This document shows, in pieces, positions 47,928 to 52,735 of a stretch of 52,735 nt of DNA (the first letter of the stretch is position 1; every line of letters starts with the position of its first letter). Source of the stretch: a phage; sequence record PZ662386.1, one strand, 5' to 3'. The notes under the pieces were generated by a model, which searched no databases, was not told the DNA's origin, and was given only the letters and a program-made list of their open reading frames with translations. Position numbers and translations under genes: made by a program.

Positions 47928-48794
47928 ATGGCATTTGCTGCTCCTACACTGGCCTCGAACAAGACTCCTTCTGCTGCACCATTACTGGAAGCGGGTGGTT
48001 ATCCTGCTCGTGTTTGCCGTATTATCGACCTGGGCTTACAGCCTGGTTCTGCTAAATATCCTACTCCGTCCCTGAAACTTCTGGTTACTTTCGAACTGCT
48101 CGACGAGTACATGAAAGAGGTTGACAGTGAAGGTAAAATGGTCATGGTTCAAGACCCAGACGAAGATGACGGCATCATGATGGCGAAGAATCTTGAAGAC
48201 AAGCCGCGTTGGTTTGACTTTGAGTTTACCTATAATGCTGATGGCTTCATGGGTGAGAACTCCCACATCTACAAATTCGCTAAGGCGATTGATGCACTGG
48301 AAGTTAAACCTAATCTGGAACAAGGCATTCAGGGCCATCCTGCCAAGAACCTGCCGGATTGGTTGGGCGAACCTCTGATTGTTGGTATTGTTCAGTATAC
48401 CAAGCAGTCCGGTAAGAATGCTGGCCAGGTTGCGAACAAAGTTGCTACCTTCTCTCCGATGAAATCCAAAGAGAAGAAGGAAGCTAAAGCACTGGTTAAC
48501 CCTACTGTCTTCTTCGACATGTCTGAGCCGGACCTGGAAGTATTCAACAAACTGCCAGGTGGCGAATCTCCTTATGCAATCAAGAACCGTATTACTTCCG
48601 GTGTTGATTTCTACAAGACTAAGCTGTCTGCACTGTTAGGCGGTAAACCTGCCGATGAAGGCGCTGTGCCGAATCAGGCTTCTGATGAAGAAGTTGATGC
48701 AGCTATGAAAGCTGAACTGGAAGCACAGGCTGCTGCAAAAGCACAGCGTGAAGCAGAAGGTGGTGCTGCTGGCGGTACGGGTATGCCGTTCTAA
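47928..48794 (+). CDS. putative ssDNA-binding protein (T7 gp2.5-like role)
   Basis: Strongly biased codon usage, acidic C-terminal region ending in Phe (GTGMPF); position inside replication module. Confidence 0.35.
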   Translation: MAFAAPTLASNKTPSAAPLLEAGGYPARVCRIIDLGLQPGSAKYPTPSLKLLVTFELLDEYMKEVDSEGKMVMVQDPDEDDGIMMAKNLEDKPRWFDFEFTYNADGFMGENSHIYKFAKAIDALEVKPNLEQGIQGHPAKNLPDWLGEPLIVGIVQYTKQSGKNAGQVANKVATFSPMKSKEKKEAKALVNPTVFFDMSEPDLEVFNKLPGGESPYAIKNRITSGVDFYKTKLSALLGGKPADEGAVPNQASDEEVDAAMKAELEAQAAAKAQREAEGGAAGGTGMPF

Positions 48795-48802
48795 TTATAA
48801 AT

Positions 48803-49864
48803 ATGGCTCCTTCGGGAGCCTTTAATTTGGAGCTTACCAAAGTGAGTAAGAAACGAGTTTTGTTGCTGGTAGACGGCGACATGGTTGCATTCAGTCACTG
48901 TGCTGCTGAGGAATACGGCAAAGATTCAGAAGATATTAACTTTGCTAAGATTCAAATGTCAATGGATTCCAAGATGGAATTCCTTGCGAAACGTGTAGGA
49001 GCTACAGAAGTAGTTACCTGCATTTCACCATCCAAAACATTCCGTAACGTTCTTGCCGAGAATTACAAAGGCAATCGTGATGATGTTTGGCGACCAGAAA
49101 ACTTGAAGAATGCGAAAGCACATCTTATGGTTGCCTGGAATGGCGTATGGATGAAAGGTCTGGAAGCAGATGACCTCCTTGCTGTATTTGCACGTCATGA
49201 ATATGAAATGACAATGGGTAAACGTAATGAGATTAAGAGCCTCAAGCGCATTGGTCCTTGCACATATGATGAAGTATGGATTGCGTCGTTGGACAAAGAC
49301 TTGCGACAAATCGGTCAGAACGGTAGTGTTGGCCCAGTAATTAAACATTACCAATGGGAACGAGAAACCCAGGGTATTGGTGAGAAGGTTGTAACTCCGA
49401 AGGATTACGGCGAACTCAGATTAATCATCAAGGACAATGGCAAGTCGAAGAAGAAAGAAGTTAAAGGCAATGGCCCTAAATTCTTCTTGCATCAGTTGCT
49501 TATTGGCGACTCAACGGATAACGTCATGGGTTGCGGAGTTCTTGAAGAAAGAATTTACAAAACTGGTGCCAAAGCTGGAGAAACTTATTTCCGTCGTGAT
49601 GGCATTGGTGCAGTTGCTTCATTCGAAATGCTGGATGGCACAACATCCTATGCAGAAGGTTTGAAGAAAGTTATTGGTGCATATATTGTGCGCTTCGGAG
49701 ATGGTTGGGAACAAGAGCTGCTCAAAGTGGGCCGTCTTGTTTACATGCACCATCAAATTGAAAAGGGTAATTGTGTTCGCTTGTGGCATTACAAGAACAT
49801 TAACGAATACTTTGACCTTAAAGAGAATCGTATCCTCACTCAAGAAGAGTACCTCCAGAAATAA
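48803..49864 (+). CDS. 5'-3' exonuclease / flap endonuclease (T7 gp6-like)
   Basis: LLLVDGDMVAFSHCAAEE resembles T7 gp6 VMDGDWLVFQAMSAAE; true start may be GTG 48842 with GGAG RBS. Confidence 0.65.
   Translation: MAPSGAFNLELTKVSKKRVLLLVDGDMVAFSHCAAEEYGKDSEDINFAKIQMSMDSKMEFLAKRVGATEVVTCISPSKTFRNVLAENYKGNRDDVWRPENLKNAKAHLMVAWNGVWMKGLEADDLLAVFARHEYEMTMGKRNEIKSLKRIGPCTYDEVWIASLDKDLRQIGQNGSVGPVIKHYQWERETQGIGEKVVTPKDYGELRLIIKDNGKSKKKEVKGNGPKFFLHQLLIGDSTDNVMGCGVLEERIYKTGAKAGETYFRRDGIGAVASFEMLDGTTSYAEGLKKVIGAYIVRFGDGWEQELLKVGRLVYMHHQIEKGNCVRLWHYKNINEYFDLKENRILTQEEYLQK
48805..48828 (+). terminator. UUCG-tetraloop hairpin plus T-rich run
   Basis: GGCTCC TTCG GGAGCC followed by TTTAATTT; overlaps the first codons of the next ORF. 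Confidence 0.4.
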
Positions 49865-49875
49865 TTGGAGTTGGA

Positions 49876-50400
49876 ATGGCTTACGGTTATTGTGGAACGG
49901 AAGCCAAGTTTGTATCTTGGCTCCAATCTGCTATTCGAAGTGTTTGGTCTAAACACCCAAGCAAACTCGCGCTGATACAATCTCGACGCATTGCATTGAA
50001 GGTCGGCGACTCAAAGAAACCAATCTTCCACATTCAGTGCTACCATTGCAAGAAGTTGTATAAGCTCAAAGAGATTGAAGTAAACCACAAAGTTCAAGTT
50101 GGTGGCCTCCTCAAATTGGAAGACCTGCACCGCTTTGTGGACAACCTTCTACTGGTTCAGCCAGAAGATTTGGAATTGCTGTGTAAAGATTGTCACGGCA
50201 TTATTACATACATGGAACGATATGGCGTATCACGACGTGATGCAGTCATTGAGAAGAAGTGTATTGCATTTGCCAAATTATCTGACGAAGAGCAAATTGC
50301 CAAGTGCAATCTTGCTAAAATAGAGCCAGTTCCTAAAACCAAAATCGGACGCAAGAACGCTGTTCGAGAATACCTGAGAAAGAATCTTAATGTCTATTAA
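49876..50400 (+). CDS. HNH-family endonuclease (possible endonuclease VII-like resolvase)
   Basis: CYHCKK ... EVNHK ... CKDCHG zinc/HNH pattern. Confidence 0.45.
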   Translation: MAYGYCGTEAKFVSWLQSAIRSVWSKHPSKLALIQSRRIALKVGDSKKPIFHIQCYHCKKLYKLKEIEVNHKVQVGGLLKLEDLHRFVDNLLLVQPEDLELLCKDCHGIITYMERYGVSRRDAVIEKKCIAFAKLSDEEQIAKCNLAKIEPVPKTKIGRKNAVREYLRKNLNVY

Positions 50401-51145
50401 GCTCCTCGATGATGGTACAAGATATACAAAGGCTCACGCACATGATTATGAAGACCCAGAATGTCAAATCAAAGGACGCTGTGAACTCTTCATCAAGATT
50501 GACGGAATTCGAGCTATCCGTAATAAATCAGGTGGTGTCTGGAGTCGTAATTCCAAACCCTTACCTCATTTGGACCACTTACAGTTTAGAGATGCTGAAA
50601 TATTCCGTAATAGTTGGAATGAGACTTCTAGCATCCTCGGACGTATTGACCCGCCAAGCATCCCACTAACCCAAGACAATGTGTATGAGTTGAGTGATGG
50701 TGCTGTTGACCCACGACTGTACATCGGCTGGTGCAAAGACCCAAGCAATGAAAACCTTAAGGCATTGATGGATAAATATCTGGCGCTTGGTCATGAAGGT
50801 ATCATTGTCCGTGATGCAAAAGGTAAATGGTGGAAGATTGTACCATATAAATATGCCGATGTGAAGATTACTGGTATGAAAGAAGGTACTGGTGCTCTTA
50901 AAGGTATGTGTGGTTCTATCTCTTCGAACTACGGCAGTGCTGGTTCAATGGTGAAAGATTGCCTGGCAGACCACGGTATTCCAGAATCTAACACATTGAT
51001 TCGTAAGTGGTTGTGGGAACATCGCCACGAACTAATTGGTTCGATTATGCAAGTTCGATATCGTGAGAAGACAGAAGCTGGTAAGTTCCGGTTCCCGTCA
51101 CTCGTTCGTTTACGTGCAGACAAAAGTGAGGAAAGTTTTGATTAA
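50390..51145 (+). CDS. ATP-dependent DNA ligase (compact)
   Basis: Motif I KIDGIR, motif IV-like EGIIVRD, motif V-like WWKIVPYK. Confidence 0.6.
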   Translation: MSIKLLDDGTRYTKAHAHDYEDPECQIKGRCELFIKIDGIRAIRNKSGGVWSRNSKPLPHLDHLQFRDAEIFRNSWNETSSILGRIDPPSIPLTQDNVYELSDGAVDPRLYIGWCKDPSNENLKALMDKYLALGHEGIIVRDAKGKWWKIVPYKYADVKITGMKEGTGALKGMCGSISSNYGSAGSMVKDCLADHGIPESNTLIRKWLWEHRHELIGSIMQVRYREKTEAGKFRFPSLVRLRADKSEESFD

Positions 51146-51764
51146 GCGATTAGCTGTTATTCTTAATGGACCTCCTGGCTGCGGTAAAGACACCATTGCA
51201 AATAAGATTGTTGCTGCCGAGGAACCATACTTTCTCGGTAAGCGCAAGTTCATTAAACACCAGTTTAAGGATGCACTGTATGAGCATACTGCCAAACACT
51301 TTCAAGTTGATGTGGACAAGTTTATCCACTACGCTTCGGACCGTGACCTCAAAGACTCTATCTCCCTTGCAGGTCTTGGTGGCAGAACACCTCGTCAGGC
51401 TCTTATTCACGTTAGTGAAGACGTGTATAAGCCTCGCCACGGACAAGACTACTTCGGTAAGGTTGAAGCTGCTCGTGTTAAAGAACTCGCGGGGCGTATG
51501 GGTGGCATTATTAATGTCATTTATCCCGATGGCGGTTTTGGTGATGAAGTCGTTGCCATTGAGTCTGCTTATGATTTTGTCCTCGTTGTGCGTTTGCATC
51601 GTGATGGTTTTGATTTCACGGGCGATTCTCGCAGATACATCAACCTCCCAGACACACCTACCCGCGTAACAGTGGACGAACATTTAGTTGATGGTAAAGT
51701 GGGTGATTCTGTATTCAAAGTGTTCAACTGGATTGAACGCGTAACTTATCAAGTAGAGAAATAA
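51138..51764 (+). CDS. P-loop nucleotide kinase (dNMP kinase-like)
   Basis: Walker A NGPPGCGKDT; TTG start with GAGGAAAG RBS (ORF-track start 51036 lies inside ligase). Confidence 0.5.
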   Translation: MIKRLAVILNGPPGCGKDTIANKIVAAEEPYFLGKRKFIKHQFKDALYEHTAKHFQVDVDKFIHYASDRDLKDSISLAGLGGRTPRQALIHVSEDVYKPRHGQDYFGKVEAARVKELAGRMGGIINVIYPDGGFGDEVVAIESAYDFVLVVRLHRDGFDFTGDSRRYINLPDTPTRVTVDEHLVDGKVGDSVFKVFNWIERVTYQVEK

Positions 51765-51766
51765 TC

Positions 51767-52363
51767 ATGTCTTGTATGACCCAAGTTGTTGCAGTTAAAC
51801 GAGTGCATCCTAATGCGAAATTACCTGTGTACGCTACTGTTGGCGCTGCTGCTGCTGACGTTTGCACTATCTCCGATAGCACTGTTGTTATCAATCCCGG
51901 CTGCTCTGTTGTTTTCGATACTGGCCTCCAATTCGAGATTCCAACTGGATACGAACTCAAAGTACATAGCCGTTCTGGTCATGGCTTTAAGTCTGGCATT
52001 CGCCTGGCAAACTGCACAGGAATTCTGGACTCCGATTATCGTGGCAATCTTATGGTTAAGTTGCACAACGATTCGGACACAGCCTTTGTGGTTCAGCCAG
52101 GTGAACGTATTTGTCAAGTGCAAGTTAGTAAAGCTACTCAACACCATTTCGTCGAAGTTGACCGCTTGAATGCAACTGGTCGTGGCGAAGGTGGGTTTGG
52201 CTCAACTGGTCGTGTAGAACTTGGTCAGTACGAAAGACCACATATTCCTGACGGTTCACACTCACACAGCATCTCTGTTGCTGGCGATGGTGGTGTGAAA
52301 GTGTCTTTGCCAGGAACTGTTGAAATCGGTGCCCACACTCACGGGGCCGAACGTTACAAATAA
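51767..52363 (+). CDS. dut: dUTPase with C-terminal extension
   Basis: All five dUTPase motifs (RSG, GILDSDYRGNL, ERICQ, RGEGGFGSTGR) plus ~45 extra C-terminal residues containing SHSHS and AHTHG. Confidence 0.85.
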   Translation: MSCMTQVVAVKRVHPNAKLPVYATVGAAAADVCTISDSTVVINPGCSVVFDTGLQFEIPTGYELKVHSRSGHGFKSGIRLANCTGILDSDYRGNLMVKLHNDSDTAFVVQPGERICQVQVSKATQHHFVEVDRLNATGRGEGGFGSTGRVELGQYERPHIPDGSHSHSISVAGDGGVKVSLPGTVEIGAHTHGAERYK

Positions 52364-52381
52364 ATCTGGAACCTATCTGAA

Positions 52382-52711
52382 ATGAAACTGTCCTCACCTG
52401 TTGTAGTAAATAACCGCAAAGTTAAATTTGCATATCTCAAGTCTAATGTCACCTCTACTGGTGGCGGGACTTATCTCACCCGTGCACTTGCAGTTCGCAA
52501 CGAAACAGGTGCGGATGTTATCGTTTTCATGCTTCCTCATGGTGAAAACACAATCAAGAACGTCGAACGTATCAAGCGTGGGCGCGAAGATTTAATGTCG
52601 GCTGTCAAGCCGCTGATACTGCCATTTAAGATTGTGGTGGTTGTTGGTTCTACCCAAGCATATCTTGAAGATTTCTATAAAGATATGGCCTGGAGCGATA
52701 TTAAATATTAA
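52382..52711 (+). CDS. hypothetical protein
   Basis: 109-aa ORF after dUTPase; followed by AGGGAGG RBS for a gene beyond the window. Confidence 0.45.
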   Translation: MKLSSPVVVNNRKVKFAYLKSNVTSTGGGTYLTRALAVRNETGADVIVFMLPHGENTIKNVERIKRGREDLMSAVKPLILPFKIVVVVGSTQAYLEDFYKDMAWSDIKY

Positions 52712-52735
52712 GCGACACGCATAATTAGGGAGGCT

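Noticed and set aside
1-52735. Lysogeny module (integrase, repressor, attP)
   Set aside because: No tyrosine or serine recombinase motifs, no divergently transcribed repressor pair, and no minus-strand gene block; the tRNA-like elements are complete acceptor-to-acceptor structures rather than 3' tRNA fragments typical of attP

Overview
This window looks like a near-complete genome of a tailed dsDNA bacteriophage, with every credible gene on the + strand. All calls rest on motif reading by eye; no search or folding tool was run. The gene order is mosaic: a lambda-like packaging/head module (large terminase, portal, protease/scaffold, decoration protein, gpE-like major capsid), a contractile-tail module (sheath, tube, chaperone, a 1242-aa tape-measure-position protein, gpV/gpW/gpJ-like baseplate, tail fibres), a lambda S-like holin with a secreted SleB-like endolysin, nrdB, a compact T7-like single-subunit RNA polymerase, about 9 kb of small early ORFs, and a T7-like replication module (ThyX-like, primase-helicase, Pol A, exonuclease, ligase, dUTPase). 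The most unusual items are: a lambda-exonuclease/YqaJ-type nuclease domain plus an SLT domain inside the tape-measure-position protein; a small protein ending in the exact bacterial SSB tail DFDDDIPF; a conserved 18-bp promoter-like motif repeated eight times on the + strand; three non-canonical tRNA-like elements in two ORF-poor, structure-rich regions; two candidate -1 programmed frameshifts; and repeat-dense intergenic DNA flanking the RNA polymerase gene. No integrase, CRISPR array or rRNA was seen.
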